Shown here: positions 1-9,064 of the stretch, one piece after another
How positions within the stretch are numbered: position 1 is the stretch's first letter
How the letters are laid out: each line of letters opens with the position of its first letter
Source: Chloroflexota bacterium
Lineage (GTDB): Bacteria; Chloroflexota; UBA11872; VXOZ01
Direction: 5' to 3'
Assembly (NCBI GenBank): GCA_963663275.1
Contig: OY760183.1
Coordinates: 3,328,001-3,392,000, forward strand
Length of the DNA: 64,000 nucleotides
Notes under the pieces: generated by a model
What the model saw: only the letters and a program-made list of their open reading frames with translations
Database searches by the model: none
Told to the model about the DNA's origin: nothing
Made by a program: the position numbers and the translations under genes

Positions 1-46
1 CCTTTCCGTTTCTCCACGAGAATTTCTCCTACGCACTCCCATTCTA

Positions 47-97
47 CTTGGGAATGCGTTTCATTAAAAGTAAAGCAGGCTGTGGACGCCTTGTCAA
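47..97 (-). promoter_or_regulatory. Sigma70-like promoter with Fur-like box for a gene lying left of the window
   Basis: Minus strand TTGACA (92-97), 17 nt, TTTACT, then AATGAAACGCATTCCCAAG (47-65), a partial match to AATGATAATnATTATCATT. Confidence 0.5.
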
Positions 98-398
98 GGG
101 ACGCGCCATGCTGATTGGGGTAGTCCGATTCTTGCCGTACGCGCCGGCGGCTAAGCACCCAGGCGGCGGATGAGCAAGCCGCCGGCGCTCTTGGCAGCGC
201 GCGTCTGCGGGCCGCAACCTTCGGCGTCCCCGCGATGCATCCCCAGCGCAAGGCCCTCCGTCAACACATAGGCGGCAATCCGTCTCAACGACGATGAAGA
301 CGCCCTGCTCCCTGGAGAACAAGGCGTCGCTTGGATGGTAAAGTCGAGGCGTTAACCGGCGGTTTGCCTCAGAGGCCGCAAGGTGAACATATCTCTAG

Positions 399-571
399 GA
401 ACCTGTTTACGATCGTCTTGTCTGCACGAGGAACGTTCGCCCTGAGCCGCGTCGAAGGGTGAACGGAACCACTGCAAGGTGGCAAATAGCCGTTCATGCT
501 TCGACAGGCTCAGCACGAACGGTCTCTATCGGCCTTGCAAATTCCCCCCTAAGCAGATTGAAAACAGGCTC
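399..571. mobile_element. IS5-family-like MITE carrying family G REP palindromes
   Basis: TIR GAACCTGTTTAC...GAAAACAGGCTC, flanks TAG/TAA; inverted homolog at 39720-39919. Confidence 0.7.
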
Positions 572-613
572 TAAATGCGCGGCACGCGGCCCGAACCCGG
601 AACCGGTGAGAAA

Positions 614-1474
614 CTAACCGTCTTCAGAACCCGGCTTGCTCCGCGCCGGCGCGCCGGGAACGCACACATATTCCGGCACTGCCTCTCCATCCACGAGGTG
701 CTCGGCCACGATGCGGTCCACGGCGGCTGCGTCCACGCCGCCGTACCACGTGCCGTCCGGATGCACCACCATGATTGGCCCCAGATCGCACGGATACAGA
801 CAGCCGGTGCGCACGGTCATCACGCCCCGCCGGCCACGCAGTTTATTCTCTCTGAGCTTCTCCTCGAAGTAAGCCCACGTCTTCGGGGCGTTCGCCAGCG
901 TGCAGCGGGGCCCGTGGCAGAGAAACACCTGATGGCGATGGGCGGGAATGAGGTTCCAGGAACGTTCTCGGTCCGTTATGTTCGGATCGCCGCGGACTTC
1001 CACGCAGCCGTGCGCATCCGCCACCGCGGCGCTCACGGCGTCAGCCAGGTGTTCGCTATCGCCGAGCGGCGGCGCCAGCACAACGTCCATCGCGTCATCC
1101 GGGACGTTCTCCCGCACCCAATCACGGATTGCGAGTGGCAGCCACCAGCGCACCGTGCCATCCATCGGTACGAGCGCGGGCACTATCAGCAGGTGGCGCG
1201 CGCCTGCGGCCATGCACTCTTCCAGCACCGCGGGCAAGGCCGGCTTGCCCTGCTCCATGAAGGCGTAGCGCACTTCCCGATAGCGCCCGGAACCCGCAAC
1301 AGACGAAACAACCCGCTCCAGTTCTTCACGCGGCGCGCCGCCATACCCGCCGCGGCCCACGATCACAACCGTATCAAACGGCGCGCCGTTAGGTTCCAAC
1401 GTCATGCTGTCGGTTTCTACCGCGGCCCTTGGGGACGAAACGCTCGTCCCTTGCTCACTCCGGGCGTCTGGCAT
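614..1474 (-). CDS. CbiX/SirB-like domain fused to thioredoxin-like [2Fe-2S] ferredoxin
   Basis: N-terminal VVIVGRGG...YAFMEQGKPAL...LAPPLG; C-terminal CHGPRC...GCLYPCDLGP..PDGTWY. Confidence 0.75.
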   Translation of the reverse strand: MPDARSEQGTSVSSPRAAVETDSMTLEPNGAPFDTVVIVGRGGYGGAPREELERVVSSVAGSGRYREVRYAFMEQGKPALPAVLEECMAAGARHLLIVPALVPMDGTVRWWLPLAIRDWVRENVPDDAMDVVLAPPLGDSEHLADAVSAAVADAHGCVEVRGDPNITDRERSWNLIPAHRHQVFLCHGPRCTLANAPKTWAYFEEKLRENKLRGRRGVMTVRTGCLYPCDLGPIMVVHPDGTWYGGVDAAAVDRIVAEHLVDGEAVPEYVCVPGAPARSKPGSEDG

Positions 1475-1506
1475 GGCGAAATTCTTTCACTGCGCGCGAC
1501 TGGGTT

Positions 1507-2340
1507 CTAGCGTTCACCAACCAGCACCGCTGCGGCCGGCGCTTCGGCGGGCGCCGTCGCCGGCGGCGCGGCGGCGTGTGCGGGCAGAAATACAATGTGG
1601 AGTTTGCCGGTGCGGGGATGGACTTGCACCTCGGCCTCTACGCCGAAGACCTTGCGCAACAGCGCCGGCTGAAATACGTCCTCCGGCGTTCCCGCCGCCA
1701 CAATCTCTCCTTCCGCCATGATGTAGAGGCGGTCGCAGTACGTCGCGGCCAGGTTGAGATCGTGAAGCGCGGTAAAGGTAGTTACCCGCAATCCGCGCAC
1801 GAGATCGAGGATTTCGAGTTGGTAGCGCACGTCCAGGTGATTGGTCGGTTCATCCAGGATGAGAAAGCGCGCTTGTTGCGCCAAAGCGCGGGCAATCAGG
1901 ACGCGCTGCTTCTCGCCGCCGGATAGCGTCGCGAACGAGCGGTCCGCGAATGAGAGCATACCGACTTGCGACAGCGCGTTCTCCACCAGGTCGTGGTCCT
2001 CTGCGTTTTCGCGCGCGAACATGCCCTTGTGGGGTGTGCGGCCCATCAGCACCATTTCCCACACCACGAACTCAAACTCGCCGGGCGTTTCCTGCAAGAC
2101 TGTTGCCGTCCGCCGCGCGGCTTCTTTGGCATCGAGGTCCCACACGCTGTCGCCTTCGAGGGCAATGTAACCCGCATCGGGCTTGAGCGCGCGGTAAATG
2201 CAGCGCAGCAGACTCGACTTGCCGCTGCCGTTGGGTCCGAGCACCCCCACAAGCTCGCCTGCCGCCACGTCCACGGCAACATCACGCAGAATCGTCTGTT
2301 CTTCCACACTCCAGGTTACTTTTTCAACGTGCAGCGTCAT
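1507..2340 (-). CDS. Iron-chelate/cobalamin ABC transporter ATP-binding protein
   Basis: GPNGSGKS, LSGGEKQR, LDEPTNHLD, LHDLNLAA. Confidence 0.93.
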   Translation of the reverse strand: MTLHVEKVTWSVEEQTILRDVAVDVAAGELVGVLGPNGSGKSSLLRCIYRALKPDAGYIALEGDSVWDLDAKEAARRTATVLQETPGEFEFVVWEMVLMGRTPHKGMFARENAEDHDLVENALSQVGMLSFADRSFATLSGGEKQRVLIARALAQQARFLILDEPTNHLDVRYQLEILDLVRGLRVTTFTALHDLNLAATYCDRLYIMAEGEIVAAGTPEDVFQPALLRKVFGVEAEVQVHPRTGKLHIVFLPAHAAAPPATAPAEAPAAAVLVGER

Positions 2341-3452
2341 GAGCGACCCCCTCCCAGCGCATCTCGATTCCGGCGCATCAACCAGATGAAGAACGGACCG
2401 CCGATAAAGCCCGTAATCACACCCAGGGGCATCTCCTCAGGCTGCACGATTGTGCGCGCGAGCACGTCCACCCAGACCAAGAAGATAGCCCCCGCCAAGA
2501 GGCTGACCGGCAGCACCCGGCGGTGGTCGGAACCGACGAACAGGCGGACGGTGTGCGGCATCATGAGGCCCACAAAGCCGACGGCGCCGGCGAGCGCAAC
2601 CATCACGCCGGTGATCATGGCCGCTACCACCATCAGCACACGGCGAAAGCGGGTGGTATCCACGCCGAGACTGATGGCCGTTTCCTCTCCGGCAACCAGC
2701 GCGTTGAGCGGCCGCGCCTGTAAAATCAAGTACGCAGTTCCGATCACCAGCGCAATCAGCGGCAAGGTGAGGTAGCTCCACTTGGCGCCTGCCACACTCC
2801 CCTGGAGCCAGAAGAGCACCGACCTGATGCCCTCCGCGTCGTCGGCCCGGAAAATGACGAAGCTCGTCCCGGCCGACAACACATAGGAGAGCGCTACGCC
2901 GACCAGGATCAGCCGCACCGGCGAGAGCGTGCCGCGGTTTTGCGCCAGCGTGATCACGATTACAAATGCCATCACCGAGCCCAAGAATGCCGCCACCGAG
3001 AGCGAGTAGATTCCAAAGAACTTGAAGACGCCCATCAGGATGACAAGCACCGCGGCCAGCGACGCCCCTGATGAAATCCCCAGGATATAGGGGTCTGCCA
3101 GGGGATTGCGCACGGCTGCCTGCATGGCGACGCCAACCACCGCCAGCCCCGCGCCGATGATGGCCGCCAGGAAGACCCGGGGCAAGCGGATCAGCCACAC
3201 GATGTTCTCATGGGCGGCGGACCACTCGCCCGAAGCAAGACCGGTCAGGCGCGCCAAGGCAATCTGCCACACCGTAAAGGGTGAAATCGCCACCGGCCCA
3301 ATGGTCACGGCCAGTGTCAGCGTCACCAACAATGCCGCCGTTAGGGCGAGCAAAGCCAAAGGAAAGCGCGCGTCCCGGCGCTTGGATCGAGGAGCCGGCG
3401 CCGGGGGCGTTTCGCTTGGGTCCTGGCTCGCTTGTTCTACTGCTGGCCCCAT
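2337..3452 (-). CDS. FecCD-family ABC permease
   Basis: RLPR, RNPLADPYILGISSGA, GFVGL..PH motifs; 4-nt overlap with the ATPase. Confidence 0.93.
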   Translation of the reverse strand: MGPAVEQASQDPSETPPAPAPRSKRRDARFPLALLALTAALLVTLTLAVTIGPVAISPFTVWQIALARLTGLASGEWSAAHENIVWLIRLPRVFLAAIIGAGLAVVGVAMQAAVRNPLADPYILGISSGASLAAVLVILMGVFKFFGIYSLSVAAFLGSVMAFVIVITLAQNRGTLSPVRLILVGVALSYVLSAGTSFVIFRADDAEGIRSVLFWLQGSVAGAKWSYLTLPLIALVIGTAYLILQARPLNALVAGEETAISLGVDTTRFRRVLMVVAAMITGVMVALAGAVGFVGLMMPHTVRLFVGSDHRRVLPVSLLAGAIFLVWVDVLARTIVQPEEMPLGVITGFIGGPFFIWLMRRNRDALGGGRS

Positions 3453-3476
3453 GTAAATCGCTTCTCAGCTTCTCGG

Positions 3477-4484
3477 TTACTCAGGATAGAAGCCCTGGAA
3501 CAGGGTCTCGATCACGTCGACGCTGCGGGGACCGGGCTGCGTGGCCGTGAACTCCACGATGACAAAGCGCTCTTCTTGGACGGCCCGAAGCGCCGCGAGC
3601 GCCTCGGTGTCTTTCAAGTACTCGATCTTCTCCTCCGCTGTGGACCAGGTTGCGTGGTGCAGCACGATGACGTCCGGGTCGCGCTCGATGACGGATTCCC
3701 AGTTCACCGTGGCAAAGCCGCCTTCCACATCCGCGAAGATATTGATTCCGCCGGCCTCTTCCAGCAGCGCGTTCACGATGCCGGTGCCGGCGGCCGTGTA
3801 CGGCGCTTCATCGCCGCTGTCGTAGACGAACACCTTGACCTCTGCGTCCGCGGCCTGCGTCTTGGAGTGGATTTCCGCCAACCGCTCCCGCTTTTCGGCC
3901 ACGTATGCTTCCGCGCGCTCCGATACGCCGAAGATCTTCCCGATATTCAGGAAGTCGGTGAACACGTCCTCGATGGTCGCCTTGCTCTCCAGGCAATTCG
4001 CATGAGCGAGGTAAGAATTGATGTTCAATTCCAGCAAGGCTTCGCGCGGTCCGGCCACCTCATCGCGGAAGGCGCTCACCCAACCGGCGTAGATGAAGTC
4101 GGGCTCCGCAGCCAGGAACACCTCCCGGGACGGATAGGTGTCCGAGAGCACGGGGACCTGTGCGTACGCGTCGGCGAGATTGGGCAAGATCGGGTCTTCC
4201 AAGTACGCCGTGCCCACCATTTGGTCCTGCAGCCCCAGGGTCAACATCACCTCGGTGGCGTGCTGGGCCATCGCTACGGCGCGCTGCGGCGGTTCCGTGT
4301 ACGTGATGGTCACGCCGCAGTTCTCGATGGTCACCGGCTCGTAAGCTGCCTCGCTCACCTGCTCCGGCTCGGTCTCCGCTTCCTGCACTGTGACGGTACC
4401 GCAAGCGGCAACGAGAACGCTGGCAGCGCCCATAGCGCCCAACGCCAAAATGCTGCGGCGGGTTGTCCGTCGATGCTCTTTCAT
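3477..4484 (-). CDS. Iron-chelate/cobalamin ABC substrate-binding lipoprotein (Tat)
   Basis: TRRSIL twin-arginine signal, VAACG lipobox, VTIENCG..PQRAV; start moved to ATG 4484 after GGGAGG. Confidence 0.9.
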   Translation of the reverse strand: MKEHRRTTRRSILALGAMGAASVLVAACGTVTVQEAETEPEQVSEAAYEPVTIENCGVTITYTEPPQRAVAMAQHATEVMLTLGLQDQMVGTAYLEDPILPNLADAYAQVPVLSDTYPSREVFLAAEPDFIYAGWVSAFRDEVAGPREALLELNINSYLAHANCLESKATIEDVFTDFLNIGKIFGVSERAEAYVAEKRERLAEIHSKTQAADAEVKVFVYDSGDEAPYTAAGTGIVNALLEEAGGINIFADVEGGFATVNWESVIERDPDVIVLHHATWSTAEEKIEYLKDTEALAALRAVQEERFVIVEFTATQPGPRSVDVIETLFQGFYPE

Positions 4485-4540
4485 CCTGGGGGCCTCCCGA
4501 TAGTACTGATAACTATAACCAAAGTCGTTAGCATTAGCTA

Positions 4541-4584
4541 ATGACAACGCTTTTCATTAAAGATAAGTCGGTCGCCTTTGTCAA
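4541..4584 (-). promoter_or_regulatory. Promoter with overlapping Fur-like box
   Basis: TTGACA (4579-4584), 17 nt, TTTAAT; palindrome AATGAAAAGCGTTGTCATT overlaps the -10. Confidence 0.65.
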
Positions 4585-4811
4585 GGGATTCCGGGGGAAA
4601 AGTGGGCGACTTTTCTCTAAGAACAACCGCCTCCGGCGCACCGCGCCTGTCGAGAGGCAGACAAGCGCCGCGACCCTACCGTAGCAAACGCATCACACCG
4701 CGCGGTCTGCCCACCGCACGGCAGCCGGAGTGAGGGCGAACCGCAAGCCGGCGGGGTAAGGGCAAGCCGGAAGCCGTGCCCAGGGGCCAAACCTGCGCCG
4801 GATGTCATTCC

Positions 4812-4884
4812 TGTACGTGTCAGAAGTGGTACACAGAGTTGGCAGGCTCATCAAGATAATTCAGTGCCACTCACCGCACGTACA
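4812..4884. mobile_element. 73-bp miniature TIR element inserted at a family F REP
   Basis: TGTACGTG...CACGTACA termini; ATGTCATTC present on both sides. Confidence 0.55.
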
Positions 4885-4887
4885 CAT

Positions 4888-5000
4888 GTCATTCCGAACG
4901 TAGCGCAGCGGAGTGAGGAATCTCAAGCGTTTGCCTGCTGACAAAGCTCCTGGCAAGGATCCTAGATTCCTCTCTTCGCTGCGCTCCATTCGGAATGACA
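4888..5000. repeat. REP family F doublet (GTCATTCCGA...GGAATCT / AGATTCC...TCGGAATGAC)
   Basis: Inverted pair; related copies near 18499, 49635, 51408, 63349. Confidence 0.85.
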
Positions 5001-5187
5001 GAAAACCCGGTACTGCCCTCCGCTTCGATCATTACGATAGGATAGTCGGCCCCGCCCCCTCCTGGCACGAAGACATCGAAACCGGCAAGAAACTATCGGC
5101 CAGCTTCGTTAATTTATCTCTTGACTGTAGCAGTAAAAGGTGGTAGCTTACCGGTGAACGCCTGACACCGAATTCGAGGCTGGGAGA

Positions 5188-5580
5188 GTGCTGGCAATGC
5201 GGAAGCAATTCTCCGGCAGCGTGCCCGCTATGTTGCTGCTAATGGGCATTCCCGCCGTAATTCTGCTTGTTGCGCTGGCGGCAGAGGCCGGCTGGATTGC
5301 CACACTCCTGGGAAGTGAACGCGCGCCGCTCGGGACATTCGTCAACGCCTGGGCCGTTGGCGCCGCCACCGCGTTCCTCATCGGCTTCGGCGCCACACTT
5401 CTCATAGCGCGCATTGCGTTAGCCGCCAATTGGGGCTCGTTTTCCATTAGAGTCGGGCCCATCAGGCTCTTTGACTTCACCGGCAGGACCGGCGCCACCG
5501 CTTTCGCCTTTACGTTTCGGGGCGAACTCCTTCTGCTTGCGCTGCTCGCCGGACTGCTCTACGCCCTTGGCGCTTCCTAA
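5188..5580 (+). CDS. Hypothetical membrane protein
   Basis: Three hydrophobic segments; upstream TTGACT-17-TAGCTT at 5121. Confidence 0.6.
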   Translation: MLAMRKQFSGSVPAMLLLMGIPAVILLVALAAEAGWIATLLGSERAPLGTFVNAWAVGAATAFLIGFGATLLIARIALAANWGSFSIRVGPIRLFDFTGRTGATAFAFTFRGELLLLALLAGLLYALGAS

Positions 5581-5671
5581 CGCGCGGAGCGGGGCGGCAC
5601 GTCTTAAGGCGCTTGAGCGGGCGTACCGCGCGGCTACCGGATGCGCACATTAACCCTATGCGCCTTGCGCA

Positions 5672-6202
5672 TTAGCTCGGCTTGCCTGCGGGGAAGAGGA
5701 ACGGCACCCAGGTTTTGTGGGGGGTGGCGGGCACGTGGCGGAGGTGGGCCAGGTAGCCGTTCAGGCGCGGTTTGCCGGGATCGGCCAGCAGCCTCATGCG
5801 CGCCTCCTCGGCGGTGCGGCCGCCTTTGCGGTGGTTGCAGTCCTTACAGGCCGAGACCAGGTTTTCCCAGGTGTGGCCGCCGCCCCGGTGGCGGGGCAGG
5901 ACGTGGTCGATCGTCAGTTCCCGCGTCCGCGTGCCGCAGTACTGGCACGTGTGGCCGTCGCGGCGGAAGACCTCCTGGCGCACCAGGCGCGGGCCGCTGG
6001 GCGGCGGCTTCACCAGGTAGTGCAGCTTGATCACCGACGGGCGCGTGTAGCGGGCCTCGGCGGACATCAGGTCGTCCGCGTACCGCTCGACCACTTCCGC
6101 CTTGCCGTTCAGCAAGAGCACGAACGCGCGGCGCACGTTGCAGATGTTCAGCGGCCGGTAGTCCAGGTTGAGCACCAGCACGCGCTTGTTGATGCCGTTC
6201 AT
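5672..6202 (-). CDS. HNH endonuclease (McrA-like)
   Basis: VLVLNLDYRPL, RDGHTCQYCG, TIDHVLPRHRGG..WENLVSACKDCNHRKG; start set at ATG 6202. Confidence 0.9.
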   Translation of the reverse strand: MNGINKRVLVLNLDYRPLNICNVRRAFVLLLNGKAEVVERYADDLMSAEARYTRPSVIKLHYLVKPPPSGPRLVRQEVFRRDGHTCQYCGTRTRELTIDHVLPRHRGGGHTWENLVSACKDCNHRKGGRTAEEARMRLLADPGKPRLNGYLAHLRHVPATPHKTWVPFLFPAGKPS

Positions 6203-6345
6203 GAGCCGATCACTCGTATCCTGAGCACTTGACAAGGCGCTCATCTTCCATTGCGCTGCGGCAGACGCGCTCGCCGCCGCGCCGGTCAAAGCCCGCGCTT
6301 CCCTTTGGTATATCTTAACCCGCTGGCGGGCTCTCCACAATATCG

Positions 6346-6374
6346 TTGACCCACAGCGCGCTTCTGAGTATACT
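6346..6374 (+). promoter_or_regulatory. Sigma70 promoter upstream of the SWIM gene leader
   Basis: TTGACC-17-TATACT. Confidence 0.65.
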
Positions 6375-6559
6375 TAACAGCAGGGGCATTGTTCTGTGCG
6401 ATCTGCCGCGCGTCTTCTCTCTACCTCGCCGCCATCGTCGGCGGCGCATCTCACGAACAGCACGTATGCCGCCGTCCGGCGGCTGTGATTACGTCAATCG
6501 CGCTTGCTCGGCAGATCCACGCTGCCGCTCGTCCAGGCTTTGTAACAAGGGGGGCTTGC

Positions 6560-6841
6560 ATGTACTCCAGTCTGATTGGAAAAGTGGAGAAAGCGAACCG
6601 CTACACGGAAGAGCGGGACCGGTTCCGCTTCACGGCGTTCACGGTACAGGTGCGCGGCGACAACAACGAGCACGAGGTTACGTTCGAGAACGGTGAATGG
6701 CGTTGCGACTGCGATTTCTTCACAATCTACGGACTGTGCAGCCACGGCATGGCGCTGGAGCGCATTCTCGGCGAAATGGTAGCGTCCAAGATGACGTTCG
6801 CGGACATGATCAAGGCCAAGACGGGTTCCGCTCTGCCGTAA
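6560..6841 (+). CDS. Small SWIM zinc-finger protein
   Basis: CDCDFF...CSH (CxC..CxH); ATG after AAGGGGGG. Confidence 0.8.
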   Translation: MYSSLIGKVEKANRYTEERDRFRFTAFTVQVRGDNNEHEVTFENGEWRCDCDFFTIYGLCSHGMALERILGEMVASKMTFADMIKAKTGSALP

Positions 6842-6948
6842 GGGTCGATTGCCGCGCCCGTCCGCGCTGAAGCGCCCACGCGCGGTAGCGCCGGAACACG
6901 GGGCGCTCTGCGCGCCGCCGCCCGGCGCCGCCCCTTCCCAACCTCCGC

Positions 6949-7467
6949 ATGTACACCATCGACCCAGAAGACATCGAAATCGTCCGCAGCGCCCAGCGCA
7001 CCAAGACGGCTTCCGGCCAGTTCAAGGACGGCAAACTGCGCGTGCTCCTGCCGGCGCGTCTCGACCGGGCCGAAGAAGCGCGCCTCGTCGCCGCAATCCG
7101 CGAGCGGATCGAACGGCAAGAGACGAAGCGCCGCCTCAATGCCGGCAATCCCCTCCTCAAGCGCGCTCACGCGCTCAATGCGCAGTACTTCGACGGCAAG
7201 CTGGAGATCGCCTCGGTCACGTACGTGACGAACCAGAACTCCCGCTACGGCAGTTGCAGCGTGCACCGCAAGACCATCCGCCTGGCGCATCACCTCGCCG
7301 AGATGCCGGAGTACGTTCGCGACTACGTGCTGATGCACGAGATGGCGCACCTGGTGGAGCCGGGGCACGACCGGCGCTTCTGGGAGATCGTGAACCGCTA
7401 CCCGCGCGCGCGGGAGGCGCAACAGTACCTGAAGGCGTTGGCCAGGGAGAGTCACGCCGCGCCGTAG
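6949..7467 (+). CDS. YgjP/DUF45 zinc-dependent hydrolase
   Basis: RYGSCS, YVLMHEMAHL (HExxH), GHDRRFW. Confidence 0.88.
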   Translation: MYTIDPEDIEIVRSAQRTKTASGQFKDGKLRVLLPARLDRAEEARLVAAIRERIERQETKRRLNAGNPLLKRAHALNAQYFDGKLEIASVTYVTNQNSRYGSCSVHRKTIRLAHHLAEMPEYVRDYVLMHEMAHLVEPGHDRRFWEIVNRYPRAREAQQYLKALARESHAAP

Positions 7468-7558
7468 CAAGAATGCCGCCGTCCCGCGTTCTTCACTCGC
7501 CCGGCCGTTCCCCCAGCCAGCTATTCCCCGTTCGCCGCTCCTGTGGCATGATTTAATC

Positions 7559-8074
7559 ATGGCAACCGCAAAGACCAAGAAAGCCCGGCGCGCCGCCAAG
7601 GTCCGCGACCCCAACAACATGGTGGTGGTCACGAACCGCCGCGCCTTCCACGATTACCACGTCGATGCCGCGTACGAGGCCGGTCTGGCGCTGGTGGGCA
7701 CGGAGGTGAAGTCCGTCCGCGCCGGCCGGGTCAACCTGACCGAAGGGTTCGTGCGCGTCATCGACGGCGAGGCGTGGCTCTGGAACGCCCATATTTCGCC
7801 CTACCAACGCGGCGGCTACGTCAATCACGAAGCCACCCGCCCGCGCAAACTGCTGCTCCACCGGGACCAGATCGCCGCGCTGCGCCAGCACGCCCAGGTG
7901 AAGGGCCAAACCGTCATCCCGCTGCGCGTCTACCTGCGCAACGGCCGGATCAAGGTCGAGATCGGCGCGGCGCGGGGTAAGAAACTCTACGACAAGCGGC
8001 AAACCCTGGCCGCCAAAGACGCCCAACGCGAGGTAGACCGGGTGGCGAAAGAATATAGCCGGGGCCGCTGGTAG
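7559..8074 (+). CDS. smpB: SsrA-binding protein
   Basis: NRRAFHDY, EAGLALVGTEVKSVR, RKLLLH, GKKLYDKR. Confidence 0.97.
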   Translation: MATAKTKKARRAAKVRDPNNMVVVTNRRAFHDYHVDAAYEAGLALVGTEVKSVRAGRVNLTEGFVRVIDGEAWLWNAHISPYQRGGYVNHEATRPRKLLLHRDQIAALRQHAQVKGQTVIPLRVYLRNGRIKVEIGAARGKKLYDKRQTLAAKDAQREVDRVAKEYSRGRW

Positions 8075-8227
8075 CCGCGCTGACCGGCGCAATGCCCGCT
8101 CCGGCGAATGCTCCGGTATTCGGCTCATAAGCGCTGCGCGACGGTGGTTTCTGTGAGAGGCTGCTATACTCTCGGTGTGGGGTTGACGTGGTATACTTGC
8201 CTTGTAGCTAAAAGGAGAGACGGGATA

Positions 8228-8461
8228 ATGGAGAATATAACCGATTGGGCGCCTACAGTCGTCGCAATTGCCGCGACCATAGGCGTGGTGTGGCGCTTTG
8301 AAACCCGTATGTCCAGTCTATCGGACCGTATTGCGGGCGTGGAGACGCGACTTAGCGGGCGCATATCCGACTTGTCAGACCGCGTTTCGCGTATTGAAGG
8401 ATTGCTCGAAGGATACTTCATGCACGGGGGCAAATCAGACCCGCCGCCGCCCCCTGAATGA
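8228..8461 (+). CDS. Small protein with N-terminal TM segment and coiled coil
   Basis: AAAAGGAG RBS; RVSRIEGLLEGYF shared with 37982-38167. Confidence 0.75.
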   Translation: MENITDWAPTVVAIAATIGVVWRFETRMSSLSDRIAGVETRLSGRISDLSDRVSRIEGLLEGYFMHGGKSDPPPPPE

Positions 8462-8580
8462 AGGACCTAGACCTTCGTTTCCAACGTGCGATCAACCTAC
8501 GCGTACGCCGCCATGTCGCTCGGCAGATTCATCGCCAGCGCCTTCAACGCTCAAGCAAACTACGCGAAGCCGCACGTCCT

Positions 8581-8722
8581 CGGTTGCGCAAGTTTGTAGC
8601 CTCCATCCCCGGTAGCGTAGGTTTGTAACCTGCGTCCTCGGTAGTGCAGGTTTGTAACCTGCGTCCCCGGTAGCGTAGGTTTGTATCCTACGTCCTTGGT
8701 AGCGTAGGTTTGAAACCTGCGT
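8581..8722 (+). repeat. Tandem array of five ~29-bp family A REPs
   Basis: GGTAGCGCAGGTTTGTAACCTGCGTC variants; single copies near 8955, 11563, 23799, 23965, 29560, 32516, 63184. Confidence 0.88.
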
Positions 8723-8902
8723 CACGTGCGGTTCAATCTGTGGCCGCCCTCTTCTCACGCTCAATCCCCGCAAGCCACGCTCCAGGCCGCTTGCTCCGGC
8801 GGGGGACAAGCCCCCGCGCTACGGTAATGCCGCCTCGTGCCCCGGGCAGCGGGATATAGCCCTTATGGTCAACGGGTCCATGTAGCGCGGGGGCTTGTCC
8901 CC

Positions 8903-9064
8903 CAATGCTGTCGCATTAAACACAATGAGAGTGAAAACAACGCTCGTTTCTCCGGTAGCGCAGGTTTGTAACCTGCGTCTTCCGTAGGGTCAATCCATTT
9001 CGTTAGCATTTCTCTTATTCCGGCGGGGGACAAGCCCCCGCGCTACGTTAATGCGACAGTATTG
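8903..9064. mobile_element. 162-bp IS4-like MITE inserted in a family B REP
   Basis: TIR CAATGCTGTCGCATTAA/TTAATGCGACAGTATTG; 12-bp TSD GGGCTTGTCCCC. Confidence 0.85.

Noticed and set aside
4590-4800. Cobalamin riboswitch upstream of the ABC operon
   Set aside because: No B12-box motifs recognised, and the predicted promoter lies downstream of this region.
8581-8722. 29-bp tandem array as CRISPR
   Set aside because: No spacers; degenerate family A REP copies.
8075-8900. tmRNA downstream of smpB
   Set aside because: No tRNA-Ala-like ends or tag reading frame recognisable.
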